Assembly (NCBI GenBank): GCA_008632985.1
Contig: QPGO01000069.1
Span: forward strand, 186,001 to 250,000
Direction: 5' to 3'
Origin: Psammoneis japonica
Taxonomy: Eukaryota
Length of the DNA: 64,000 nt
Shown: positions 36,473-48,188 of the stretch, piece after piece
How positions within the stretch are numbered: the stretch's first letter is position 1
Layout of the letters: each line of letters opens with the position of its first letter
The notes under the pieces: generated by a model
Database searches by the model: none
The model's input: the letters and a program-made list of their open reading frames with translations, nothing else
What the model was told of the DNA's origin: nothing
Program-made: the position numbers and the translations under genes

Positions 36473-37327
36473 ATGAACAGCAGCGACAAAGACAATCATA
36501 CACGGCCGCTCCTTGCACATCACGACGTGGAAGGTGATCATAGCGTTGAATATCACGGTAATGATGCAGGGCGGATAGAGTTTGGACCTGGAGTGAATCC
36601 AACAACGAGGTCAAAGATCGGTGCATGGGCAGTCGTGATTGCCGTGCTAAATGTCGTGGTTACTTCGTTGGTGATGCGAATCCACGACCGGTCGGTACAG
36701 CCTAAAGCCCTTCCGGTTGATACGACTGACTTTCCTGACGCTGTACCTTTTGGTGAAATGGGTATGCGAGGTATTTCTCATGTTTGTGTCAATGTCAATG
36801 ACGTTGATGAGGCTGTTGAATTCTACCATCGTGTACTGGGTTATGAGGTTATGAATGCAGGCGAGTTATGGGGAGATTTTGACATGCGGCATCTCACCGA
36901 TGAATCCTTTTGCAAGAGTGCCGGCTTCATGGATGGAAAATGTGATCTAGACTGCGTCTGGATGAAGCATCCAACTATTCATTTGAATCTGGAGCTGTTC
37001 CACTACTACTCGCCCAATGTGACGAATCGTTTACAGCAAAAGGGCTGGCAGTCAAATACGCAAGATATTGGAGGTATCAAACATATATCTTACGCTGTGG
37101 AAAATGCTACTGCGGCGTTTGAGTTCCTTCGACGACAACACGATGTACGCATGATTTCGTCTCATCCTTTGTACAAACCTGTCCGGATGAGCCCTTTGCC
37201 TTTTAAGTTTTTCTATTGGTTGGACCCATATGGTGTACAGTGGGAGTGTGAAGAGGGCGATAAGATCGTAACACATCAAGTTGCTGGTTTGACAAGGCTG
37301 ATGGATGAGTATGTTCAATACAAGTAG
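36473..37327 (+). CDS. Glyoxalase/VOC-superfamily protein with an N-terminal transmembrane segment
   Basis: ISHVCVNVNDVDEAVEFYHRVLG, LELFHY, GIKHISYAV and FYWLDPYGVQWE motifs; intronless. Confidence 0.85.
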   Translation: MNSSDKDNHTRPLLAHHDVEGDHSVEYHGNDAGRIEFGPGVNPTTRSKIGAWAVVIAVLNVVVTSLVMRIHDRSVQPKALPVDTTDFPDAVPFGEMGMRGISHVCVNVNDVDEAVEFYHRVLGYEVMNAGELWGDFDMRHLTDESFCKSAGFMDGKCDLDCVWMKHPTIHLNLELFHYYSPNVTNRLQQKGWQSNTQDIGGIKHISYAVENATAAFEFLRRQHDVRMISSHPLYKPVRMSPLPFKFFYWLDPYGVQWECEEGDKIVTHQVAGLTRLMDEYVQYK

Positions 37328-37915
37328 TGGGACTCCCAGGCGCGACTGAGTGTGCTACACTCGGAAGTTATTTTAGAGCAGTAAAATATTGGATTGATTG
37401 ATTGATTGACAAGCAACAGCCAACAGCTCGCTCTTTCTGTCATCTCTTCGTATTACATACTAGCATACCGGTACAGGGTGCCACCAGTGTTGTGAAAAAC
37501 AGTGAAAAAGTTGGCAGAAACATTAGTAAAAGGTAAAAGGAGAAATAACGATGACCGTTACGTTGCTATGCATTTGTGGCATCCAAAACCGAACATGTTG
37601 AATCAATGTCTGTTGCACGTTGCAGGGACAACGGTTGGCACCTACAGTATGTACTGTACCGTACGCACGCCACGCAAGTGGATACCGGTGTAGTGAAAAA
37701 GGCGGGAAAATAAACGCGACACGCCGCACGACACGCAGAATGCACACACACAATCTCACACAACTGTAGAGGGCCCCGCCCTACCTACTGTACAAGGAGA
37801 AGACACAAACGCCGCACTTCAAGAAGTTGCGCCTGTAGCAAGAGAGCAGTTATCGCTCAATTGTTCCCATCAGTTGTCATCAGTACTGTAGGGACGTAAA
37901 CTTCGAATATTTCCC

Positions 37916-38233
37916 ATGCCAAGCGTCATGCAGAATCTCTCAAGTGACAGCTCGTCACAGAACAGCAGCAGATCGCGAAACACTGCGTCGTCCTCGTCCT
38001 TTGTCAAGAAGCATACGACCGAAAGACGAAGTGGAGCATTTGCACACATGGCGATCAAGCTTAATAAATCAATTCAAGACTTGATGGTGTGCCATGCAGA
38101 CCTACCATCAAAAGCGCACAAAAAGGGGGAGTTCGGACGAACAAAGGCCCCTGCTGTTGCTCACGAGGAGGAGGGAATTGAATTTGACGAAGAGGCGACT
38201 CTGAGTAAAGCCTACGATCTGAGTCGAGTATGA
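37916..38233 (+). CDS. Small hypothetical protein
   Basis: 105-aa ATG ORF in the gene-rich island; no recognised domain. Confidence 0.4.
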   Translation: MPSVMQNLSSDSSSQNSSRSRNTASSSSFVKKHTTERRSGAFAHMAIKLNKSIQDLMVCHADLPSKAHKKGEFGRTKAPAVAHEEEGIEFDEEATLSKAYDLSRV

Positions 38234-38823
38234 CCCTAACTGTTGACTCAAGCTCTGTATCGTCATCGAGTAACTCTTCACCTAACTGAATGATATGTTG
38301 GGCAACTTTGTCGAATACTTGCTAGCCGCTTTCTTGGGCATGTGGCACTGACGGTGAGGAGATACAAAATACATTTCATGGTCGAGGCACTCAAGGTCTT
38401 CAAGAACCTTCAGACTACTTGAAGGATACAAGTCCATCAGCACTAGGATTTTGTTCTGAAATCAAACGTGGCATCACCAGTTTAGCACGATAACAATACA
38501 TAACGCTTGCACGTGAAGCTAGGGATCGTATTCAAAGCGTTGACGCCGCACTGGAAAACAGTCCACATTTTTAGGTGCTTGTTCATGATGACAATTATGT
38601 TACCTTCAGGCAACTTCGTCAAACGGCAAAGACTTCTTCCCAATCATTTGAAATCGGTACTCGCGCTATCGGAATCCTACCTCAAAAGAAATGCTGAACG
38701 CTGGTCCGATGATGCCGAGAAAACGACCGACGTATTCTAGTAAGGACCTGAGAGCTTTCAAAAGACTGAGACATCCTAGCCATCATGGCAAATAGGAACT
38801 GCAGGAACATTGCTGTCGCTATC

Positions 38824-39885
38824 TTAGCCAGTAGTCTGCTTAGTTTCTCCAATAAAGCACGGCACAAAGTCTTGACTGTCATCTCGCTTGGCTATGAGCG
38901 CTTCAAGCTTCTCTTTGGGTTCCATCACAGGCTCTAGAGTCAGTGGAAACGTTCCATAATGAATTGGGATCACTGTCTTGGCTTTCACAGCGTCCTTCAT
39001 CATGATGGCTTCTTCCACATTTATATGATTAACCTTCATTATTTCCTGCGGATCATAGGCACCAATTGGTATCGCTGCAGCATCAAAAGGCCCATACTTC
39101 TCTCCAACTTCTCTCGCCATTTCATCAAACCATGAAGTGTCCCCAGCAAAAAGGAACTTTTTGCTCCTTATATGTTGTGTGCTATGCACGCTAAAGCCAC
39201 ACCAGAGGGTCCGGTCACGATCGCCAGTACGATTTGACCAATGTCGCATGGGCACAGCAGTAATAAGTAGCTTGTCAGAGACGCGAGCTGATTCGTGCCA
39301 ATCCAGTTCGTGAACAGTCACATCCTTTGATATATTCGAATGCACCCACTCACGAAGTCCCAGTGGAACGATAAACTGTGACGGTTTACCACAGTATTTA
39401 ACAACATCCAGCAATGTTTGATAATCCAGATGATCGTAGTGATTGTGGGTGATGAGAACAACGTCCAAAGGTATTTTGTCGCAGATCTCTTGAATGCTAC
39501 ATGGCGGAGGTCGAAATCTTTTGGGCCCAGCCCACTGAACCGGCGCGCATCTCTGCGAAAAGACCGGATCAGCGAGGATATTCTTTCCATTCATCTGCAC
39601 CAGGACGGACGCATGCCCCAACCAGGTACACTGAATTTCGTCAGGTGGGGGGCTTTTCAGCTTGTCCCAGTCCAAATTCTTCACAGGAAACACGAGATCC
39701 AATTCTTTCTGCGATGGAATTTTTTGCATGAATGATTTCCAAATGAATGGAATAAGCGTTCGTAGCGATGGAAACTCGTACTGAGGATGCCATGCATCGC
39801 GTTCTCGTGCTCGTTTTTGAACGAGTTTTCTTATTTCCTCTTTGGAACGAGCAGTGCAAACACCTGACATGGCTGCAAGTAGCAA
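38824..39885 (-). CDS. NAPE-PLD-like metallo-beta-lactamase-fold hydrolase
   Basis: TWLGHASV, ILADPVFS, ITHNHYDHLD, RHWSNR, LFAGDT, IPIGAYDP and IPIHYGTF motifs. The exact start is uncertain. Confidence 0.92.
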   Translation of the reverse strand: MLLAAMSGVCTARSKEEIRKLVQKRARERDAWHPQYEFPSLRTLIPFIWKSFMQKIPSQKELDLVFPVKNLDWDKLKSPPPDEIQCTWLGHASVLVQMNGKNILADPVFSQRCAPVQWAGPKRFRPPPCSIQEICDKIPLDVVLITHNHYDHLDYQTLLDVVKYCGKPSQFIVPLGLREWVHSNISKDVTVHELDWHESARVSDKLLITAVPMRHWSNRTGDRDRTLWCGFSVHSTQHIRSKKFLFAGDTSWFDEMAREVGEKYGPFDAAAIPIGAYDPQEIMKVNHINVEEAIMMKDAVKAKTVIPIHYGTFPLTLEPVMEPKEKLEALIAKRDDSQDFVPCFIGETKQTTG

Positions 39886-41344
39886 GTATGAACTTCTCGC
39901 GTTCGCGTGTAAATTCAGCTGTCTTCACTGGCTCAGCTATTCACAGACTTACTGGTAGTACAAAAGCGCTACCATTTGATGCTCTTAGAGGCCTTACATG
40001 CATACTTCGTAACAAGTAACAGACTGCCGATCGATTGATTGTCGATTGGCGAATTTGGGCGAATGGCCATTTTTGGAATTTTGCAATGCGCATCAAGACG
40101 ACTGACCGACTGACTCTATCAATCAACCAGCAGGCAAGACGACTGACGTTACACTTCAATTTGTAGAGCACAATCAACCACCTGCTGCTGCCAGGTGTGA
40201 TGACTGATTTTGCACACGCCCACTTAGACAGTGAAGGGTGGTGCGTGCTGGTTGATGTGATGTGCAGCAGTGAGTGAAGCAAAGCCCCTCCCTGATGCAT
40301 CGCCTTCCTCGTCCACTTGATCTGCGATCATGTCATTCCTTCCCCCTTTGAGTGACACACATGCTGCCAATCATTCAAGAACTTGACGATTGCCAGTTGA
40401 TGATGCCATGTGGACTGGGGCATGGCCAAAAGTCATTTGATCCAATGCCTGCCCCCTTTGGCTCCTGCATGTCATCTTGAGCCTGTCCAGCAGAAGCAGT
40501 GTTCATCCTGGAGCTGCGCCCAATCCTCAGCAACACAAACCTGCCTTTCCAGGAGCCTGTCCCAGCCTGTGTGAAACTCTGAGAAAACACTGGCTGTCAC
40601 AGAGTTGGGAGCTGAGAAGCATGTCTGCCAGCTCTTGCAAAGTCCAGTTGTTTTGCCAAGCATGAAGGCATTTGTGAATGGCTCTCAAGAGACCACAGGC
40701 TGCTGAGTCATCTTCATCCATCCACCAGGCCAGCAGCTTGTGAATGAGCTTGTCCCATCTGTTTGTCACCTTGAGATGGGAAAAGATGTGTGTCATGCAT
40801 CCTTGTTCTCCGGCTTGCAATGTGGGCACCTGCTGTGGTTTTGTTGCTTCCAGCGCAGCAGCCACTTCTTGACACTGCACATTTTGATGGTGTGGTTGGC
40901 TGGCCAGCCAGCGATGTCTGGTGCTGATGCCAGGCCATGAGGCCACCCTGTTAACTGCATTTTAGTTGATTCAACAGAGCCCTCCATTGGCAAACTAACA
41001 TTTCTGATGCACTCAGAAATGGGCCAGTCTTCTTCCATGCACCTGAGTCCATGCAGTCATTCTGGCAGTTTGGTGAAAATTTTTTGGCTTGCCACCACAC
41101 ATGCACCACCCACGTTCAGCCCTCAACAGCAAATTGTGCTAGAGAAGCCAGGCCTTGTGCCTCATGTTGCCATCAGGCTTCAGCAAGATTGTCCATTTTG
41201 ACATTTGTTCAAGCCCAATGGTCAAGGTTGCAGCATGGTCTGGATTCTTGGTGTCCTTTGATCCACCAAAAAATTCTAAGTTGGGTTGCCAGTTTGTGCT
41301 TCTTGGCAGCTTTGAGGATGTTGCAGTCATTTGGTTGGCAGAGG

Positions 41345-41862
41345 TGATCACATGCAGAGTGAGATCTGATGATGTCTGCAGTGCTTGTTTGCTGTTGCAG
41401 GCCACTTTGATGGCATCCTCCATCATGAGTGGTGTTTGCAGATGTCCTCCACTGCACAAATAATTCTGCAGAAATTGGTCATCTCTGTCTGGCAATGCTC
41501 TGCATCTCCCAGATGACAGGGTTCCTTGTCCTCTGGGCAAGAGCAACAAGCCATGCATTGGCCATTGGCTCTTAAGAGGTGTTCAGATCTGGCCTGGTCA
41601 TCCCATGCTTCAGCCATTTTTTGGAGTTCTTGGACTGACTTCTTGCAGTTGCCATCAGGCACAAGCCACACTCCCAGTGTTTTTGCCACCACTCCAGGGC
41701 AGAGCTGTTGGATCTTTTGTTGCATGCTGTGGACATCAGCAACACACACATGGATGGTTTGTCTGGATCACCTGGGTTGAAGTTATCTTCAATGTGGGTC
41801 CATTTGCAATCATGTGCAGAGTGGGATCTGATGACATCTGCTGCAGTTCTTGTTTGCTGTTG
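41345..41862 (+). repeat. Pair of ~55-bp direct repeats (~41345-41398 and ~41808-41862)
   Basis: ATCACATGCAGAGTGAGATCTGATGATGTCTGC...CTTGTTTGCTGTTG versus ATCATGTGCAGAGTGGGATCTGATGACATCTGC...CTTGTTTGCTGTTG. Confidence 0.7.
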
Positions 41863-42140
41863 AACCTTGTTTGCACATTGGCTGCTGCTTCCCAGCTTGG
41901 TTGGCTCTGATGACCCACAGTGGCATTCATCATGTCACTGTCATTGATGAGTGCAAACCTGCAACTCAGAGTTTGTTGCCACCAAGTGCAAGAAGTTTGA
42001 AGGAAGCCCCGTGTCTTGCCACCCTCATCAACTCAAAAACTGGTGTGCTTGCTGCAGTCCATGTTTGTGGAGCATTGCTGTTGTCCAGGTCAAAATGGTG
42101 TGGATCACATGCCACAGCAAAGAGATCTCCTCTGAAAGAT

Positions 42141-42690
42141 TGTTTGGATCAGCTTTGTCAATTTTGTCAACTTTTTGGCGGCTTTGTCAACTTTGGCAAT
42201 GTTGGTGACTTTGTCAAGTTTGTCAACTTTGGTGGTTTTGTCAGCATTGTCCACTTTGGCAACTTTGCCAGCATTGTCAACTTTGGCAACTTTGGTGGCT
42301 TTGGCAACTTTGGCAGCTTTGGTGATGACTTTGTCAGCTTTGTCTGCTTTGGCAACTTTGTTGACTTTGGCAATTTTGGTGGATCTGGCAAGTTTGGTGA
42401 CTTTGGCAACTTTGGCAGCTTTGGGTGACTTTGTTGACTTTGTCAACTTTTTCAACTTTGGCAAGTTTGGCAAGTTTGGCAGCTTTGTAAGTTTGGCAAC
42501 TTTGTCAAGCTTTGTCAACTTTGGTGGATCTGGCAACTTTTTTTGGCAGCTTTGGCAACTTTGTCAACTTTTCAACTTTGTCAACTTTGTTGGCTTTGGT
42601 GAGTTTGGTGACTTTGTCGACTTTGGCCACTTTGTCATCTTTGGCAACTCTGGTGAGTTTGGCAGCTTTGTCTGCTTGGGAAACTTTGAA
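42141..42690. repeat. 9-bp-period minisatellite (TTTG[G/T]CAAC variants)
   Basis: Directly visible repeats of ctttggcaa/ctttgtcaa/ctttggtga. It produces spurious FGNFVNF and KLPKLT ORFs. Confidence 0.95.
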
Positions 42691-45600
42691 GTTGACTGCA
42701 GTCAATTGCCAGGTCCCACAAATGATAGTTGCAACAGGTGTTCCAACTGCACATGGCAAATCTGATTGCAAGTGCCATCATCACAATCACGGCTGCAATC
42801 ATCTGCAATCAAAGAGATGTGCACAATTGTCACACCAATGGGCTCCACTTGCTTTGCTTTGCCTGTGGTTGGCCCGGTGCATCCTGTGCAGATGGTGCTC
42901 CTGTGGTGTGGAGGGTGCACCCTGCATGGGAAGCACCCATGCTGGGGAGGCACTGTCATGGTGTGGCCGCAACTTGATTGCAGAATGATTGGCGCAGTTG
43001 CTTTGTGATTGCAGCAAGGAGGCAATCATGCATTCACGGCAATCCATGCAGCATCTTAAAAAATTCTGCTGTCTGGTTGTTTGCCTTTGCCAGCTCTTTG
43101 GTGTGCTTTTCTAAAAACTTCTTCTTTCTCAGGAGCTTTGGGGCATCCTTGGCTCTTTCTTTTTTGTGCTCTTGGCATCTAAGTGGGAGGGGTGCCTCAT
43201 GTTGTTCTGGCTTGGGTTTGTTCACCTCATGGTCTCAGCATTTTCATCTGCAGGCAATGAATCTTCCACAAGCTGACCTTGAGATGTTCCCTTCATCAAA
43301 TGAGTGCAAGACACCATTCAATCCTTTTTGCAGCACAACTCAATTTGGAGGACCCCATGACATTCCACCCACACATGGCTTCCTGCTTTTACAATCAGCT
43401 CAACAGGTCAGATCCCTTTGACCTGGAGATTGTCTGCAGCCTCCCAATTGTCAGTCTGAGCTGCAGCAGCAGGAGGGCAAGTGGCTTGTTTCTCATTCTG
43501 GGTGCTGCAGTTTGGGAGGTTTTTTTGACCACATGCTCTCTTCTCAGCTTGTTGAGCTGATTGAGCATTTTGGCATTGTTGAGCTTGATGAGATGCCAAG
43601 CTGGATGATTTTCAATTTTTTGGGGCAACATGCCAAGTGTGGTGTGACAGGAGATGTCAAGCCATGCCACTTGTGGTCAGATCCTCAGAGGCTGTCACAA
43701 ATGGTGAGTGACTCTCCCAACTCCCAACAGATGAGTTGGTCATGTCACAGATTGGCTTTTTAGATGGAATCTTGATCAGTTGCACCACTGCTTTTGATCA
43801 TCCCAAACTGGAGTTCTGCCAAAAGCTCCACTCCCTGTCCCCGGATCCAAACCCCAAACCCCAGCCATGACCATGCAAAACTGTTTGTTCTAAATGCTGG
43901 GATGCAAAAGTGGCAAAGTGGTGCATGTTGTTAGTCATGGATCCTGTTTTTGGTCTGATCCACAACAGACACAAATTCAGTCTGTCAGGGGCATTTTTCC
44001 TTGCCCAAATTCCATTGACTGGGGCTGAACCCAGCAAATGAGTTGCTGGCATCTCCTCCTCACTGCATTGATTGCTCAGGAGATTGCTGAGTTGCACAGC
44101 TTTGAATGCTTCAGCAATTTCTTTGGAGTTCATGTCCTTGTTCATGTTCCCTGTCAGGGTGATCTGGTCACCATCTGCAACGCAGTTTGCCAGGTCTTTA
44201 GCCAGGTCTTCTGGCCAGGCTTCACAGAGGCATCAATCATCATCATTTTCTTGCAGGTGTCATCAGCATTGGCGTGCACAAACAGCTCTGGCACCCGGCA
44301 GCTCACTCTTGCATGGATGACAACAAGCAGTGGCAGCCCAAAGTGTCATGCCGAATTTGCCTCTGAGGTGGGTCCAGGTCCACATCTTCCTCTGTGTGGC
44401 AAGTGTGCATCATGAATGTTGCATGCCGCTGACATGTTGGGAGGGTGTTTCCAACACAACCCACAGAAAAATCTTGCTTGTGGTCATTGGTCATGAGAAA
44501 CAAATGAACAGAGTCGGCTGGCTTTGTTCACCCCCACACATGGGATGTTGATCAACTTGTCTTGTGCTGTGTTGAAGATGCTCTCATTTTTGTGGGTCTC
44601 TTCTTTCTCAGGGAATCCGCTGATGTTCTGGGGCATGATCCTCAAAGTTGTTTCATTTTTGTTGTGTGCATTGGGCACCACAGTTTTTGTTAGATTTGCG
44701 TGCAGTGGGGACAGATGAACTGGCCCCTTTTCTTTTTCCTTGGTGGCATCAATGGAAAAATGGGGCCAGCACATCAATTGTTTGGCTCAGAGGATCAAAT
44801 CAATTGTTTGGTTCAAGAGGATCAACTCTTGTTTGATTTTTACATTTTCGGATTCAAAAAGCAGTCTCTTGTTGTTGCAACCACTCAACAATGATTTCTC
44901 CACAAGAAAAAGAATCAGCTCTGAAAATTTACACAGGTGCGCATTGCTGAGGTGAGCCAAGGGTGGCTCACATGGAGCTCACATGTTGGAGACCAACAGG
45001 GGTGATTTTTGATGTGTTCTGTGTGTGTGTGCCACCACGTGCTCTGTTGCAACCAAGGAAATGCTCTGTTCAAAAGTGTTTTGTTTTTGTCATTCAGAGT
45101 GAACAATTTCACAGTCAAAAAAGTTGATCTTCTGGCACACACAGTCAATCCACTGAGCCTGAGCTTGGCCTTGTCCTCTCTTCTCTGAGGGACCACATGG
45201 CCATTGGCCATGATGATCCCTCTCCTTGCGTGCCACTCACCCTTGCCAGCCCAGTGCATTGATGCCATCTTGAGCAGACTCAGTGTCATCATGCAATGAG
45301 CGCAACTCTCTTCCACATGGTGTGGTGGCAACACTGGAAGCACTTCATGTGAGGCTTCAATGCTGCTGTCAGTTTTGCTCTTGGGCAGACACATTTTCAT
45401 TGAAGTTGTCAGTGCTTTCTTCATGGTTGTTTCCTGGGTTGGTTTCTGACTTTTCTTGTCATTCCAGCATGGTGACTTTGAGCTCCTGCATGATCCATTT
45501 GATGATGGGGGTGGGAGCACTGACAGTTCACACACCTTGTCCAAGCTGGCTTGAAGCTTTTCTGTTTGGTTGTTTCCACAGCCCCTGCTGAAGAAGTGGG

Positions 45601-46226
45601 CTCCACAGACTCAATGGACTCATCATCATTGGCGAGTTTCAGTTTCTTTGCCTTGCACTCTTTTTGGTCAGTTTGATGCAGGTGGGAGCACTTTTGTGGG
45701 CATTTTGTGTTGAAGCCATGGTGTCATCATTGAGGCTGCCACTGCCTGGCATGGCTGGATCATCTGGGTTGTCCACTGCTGGGGTCTTGTCAACTGGGGG
45801 TTTGCCATCATGTCATGCTTTTCTGCCTGCATGTCACAAAGATTTTGAAAGTTGCGGTCATTGTTTTTAAATTCCTTTGCCAGTGCTTCCATTCTTGGAT
45901 GGGTTGCAACAGGATTGTCTTTGTCCCAGCACCCAGCATCTTCCATGTTGATGATGTGTGGTGTGGTGAAGAAGAAGTGCTCTGCTTTTTGCCACAACTT
46001 TTGTGTTGGAGGTGGGGCAACAGGGGCTGGGCCACTGGGTGTGCTTCTGAGTAACTCAACTTGAGCATGACAAAATGACAAACAACCACAGTTGCTCCAC
46101 AGTGCTTGGGGCAAGGCCCCACCTCATTCCATGACTTGATGGTTGTCATTGAACAAGACACTCTTGTTCTGACTCTGCATTTGGGCATTGATGACATCAG
46201 GTGGGCACAGTGAGCAGAACTCCAGC

Positions 46227-48188
46227 TGTTGGAACATCTGGGTCAGAGGCAGTTTTTGCAGGACAGACACACAAAGTTGCCATGTGAGATGCACTGATGA
46301 TTGTGGACAATGTGGCAAGTTCTTTGCATTCACAACTCAGATTGAGTTGCAGGTTTTGTGCTCACTTTTTAGCTTCTTCACCCATCTGACATGGCAGTGG
46401 TGGTTGACAGCATCAGGAATGTGTTTGCAAGCCACATGGTGGTGAGTTCAGAGTCAGTGAGGTTGAATGCATGCTGGTTGGCAAGCAATGAAACTCCAAC
46501 ACAGAAGCCAAAAAGTCACAGCATGACACTCAAAGGAGCGTTGTTGTTGTCAAAGGGCTGGGAAATCAACAGAAGTCCAAAAACAAGGGCTGGGAAGGCA
46601 ACATGAATCCAAGGGAAAAGGCTGGGAAGTGAACAGGAATCCAAAGGTGCATGTGCCTCATGTTGGTGGATTGCAGCAAATGAGCCAGCTGGATGAGGGC
46701 AAAGAAACAATCTCTGGAGGGTCTTGCTGTTAAAAAAGCTGTTGAGGGTCTGCTGGGTGGGGTGAGGTTGTGTCAGGGTTGGCAAGACAGAGTGTGTGGC
46801 TGTTGGCAAGCCGCGAAACTCCAACACTGGTCCCAGAAAACACAGGCAAGAAAACACTGATGAGCATGGAAGCATGAAAGATTTGAAGGAGTGGGTGCAT
46901 GACACCATTGTTGAGTTGGGACAACAAGCACTGGATGGTCACATGGAAACTACAAGGAAGATCATCGAGTGTGTTGGAAGAATGTTTGGGCCAGAGATGC
47001 AGGTGCTGGCATCTCTGATGCAGGAGAGCATGCCAAAAGAGCCACCAGATCATCTGTGGGGAGACACCACATTGGAGAAGGACAAGGCAATCTGGGACAG
47101 GCAATGCAATCACCATGCACAACAGAATGCGATCTGCAAGACACAGAAGGCAAAGGTGTTCAATGTTGTGATGGGGGAATGCATGAAGGTTGCTCATCAC
47201 AAACTTGAAGGCTCAGGAGCAATGGAACTCATGAGAATCATGAAGGAGTGGGACGTCATGCTGCTGCTGGACATTCTCAAGTCAATCCATTTCAGCGCAA
47301 ATGAGAAGACAAACCCACATGTCCAGGTGGTCAAGGCTTGGAAGCAGCTGGTGCTCATTCGTCAAGATGAAGGAGAGGTGCTTCAACATTGTTGTGGTTG
47401 GTTTGTGAGCATGGTTGAATTGGTGGGAAATGTCCTGTGGCAGGATCATCCCAGAAAAAATTGCCAAGAAAGAAGATGGGTTCAGCAAGGATGCTGGTGA
47501 TGCCCAGAACAAAGAAAGAAACAAGTTGTTGGCAGCAATGTCAGTGGAAGGCACCAAGGAGGAACATTGGCATGTCTTGAAAGACCTGCAGTCATCAGCA
47601 ATTCACAGGGGGGTTCAGACCTGCAGTCATCAGCAGTTCACAGGGGGATTTGATGTTTGTCCCAATTCAGCCAAGGAGGCACCACAGGTGTTGGACACCC
47701 ACGGGATCAACAAGGAACCTGATGGAGCAAGTTTTGCACAGAACAAGAAGAGGCAGATTAAATGCTGGAAATGTGATGAGGCTGGGCATCTGAGGAAGGA
47801 TTGTCCTGACAATGATCATTTTTGATGGTGGAGTCAGATGATGAGGACCACAGGAACTGGCAGAACAGTTGAGGTGGCATTGAGTGGCATGGATTCCAAG
47901 TGTCATCCTCCTGTGCTTGATGTGCATGAGGCCAATCAACTGATGGCTTGCACAAAGGAGTGTGTTGGAACATTGGGGCCACAGACAGTTTTTGCAGGAC
48001 AGACAAACAAAGTTGCAGTGTGAGATGTGCAGATGATTGTGGGCAACATGGCAAGTTTGCTTTCACAACTCAGATTGAGTTGTGGGTCTTGCACTCACTT
48101 TTTAGCTTCCATGTTTTTGAGCCACACAGCAAGTTTGGAGTTGATGAGACCAAACCCATGCTGGCTGACAAGCGGCAAAACTCCAATG
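46227..48188 (+). mobile_element. pol-less Copia-derived LTR element: LTR (46227-46501), second LTR-end plus PBS (~46826-46836), decayed gag with zinc knuckle, PPT, LTR (47963-48188); 5-bp TSD CCAGC
   Basis: Both LTRs start TGTTGGAACAT and share CAGTTTTTGCAGGACAGACA and TTCACAACTCAGATTGAGTTG. The knuckle CWKCDEAGHLRKDC lies at 47763-47804. AAAGGAGTG precedes the 3' LTR. CCAGC occurs at 46222-46226 and 48189-48193. Confidence 0.85.

Larger units (their letters stand above)
40170..44700 (-). mobile_element. Heavily decayed non-LTR retrotransposon ORF2 remnant (APE-type LINE, resembles diatom Ambal-like elements), internally interrupted or deleted
   Basis: Fragments on the minus strand: TLRIMPQNISGFP (APE N-terminus), THLLGSAPVNGIW, SDH..AWLDI (APE C-terminus) and AKTLGVWLVPDGN (post-RT). 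The RT core is not recognisable. An ORF1-like remnant probably continues to ~48.3 kb. Confidence 0.6.

Noticed and set aside
37474..37645. Small hAT-like MITE (CAGGGTGCCA...TGGCACCT)
   Set aside because: The inverted repeat is short and imperfect, there is no convincing TSD, and there is no second copy in the window.
41345..41862. Hammerhead ribozymes at the CTGATGA motifs in the 55-bp repeats
   Set aside because: There is no downstream GAAA and no supporting stems.
42105..42988. FG-nucleoporin-like or KLP-repeat proteins
   Set aside because: These are translations of a 9-bp minisatellite in decayed TE sequence.
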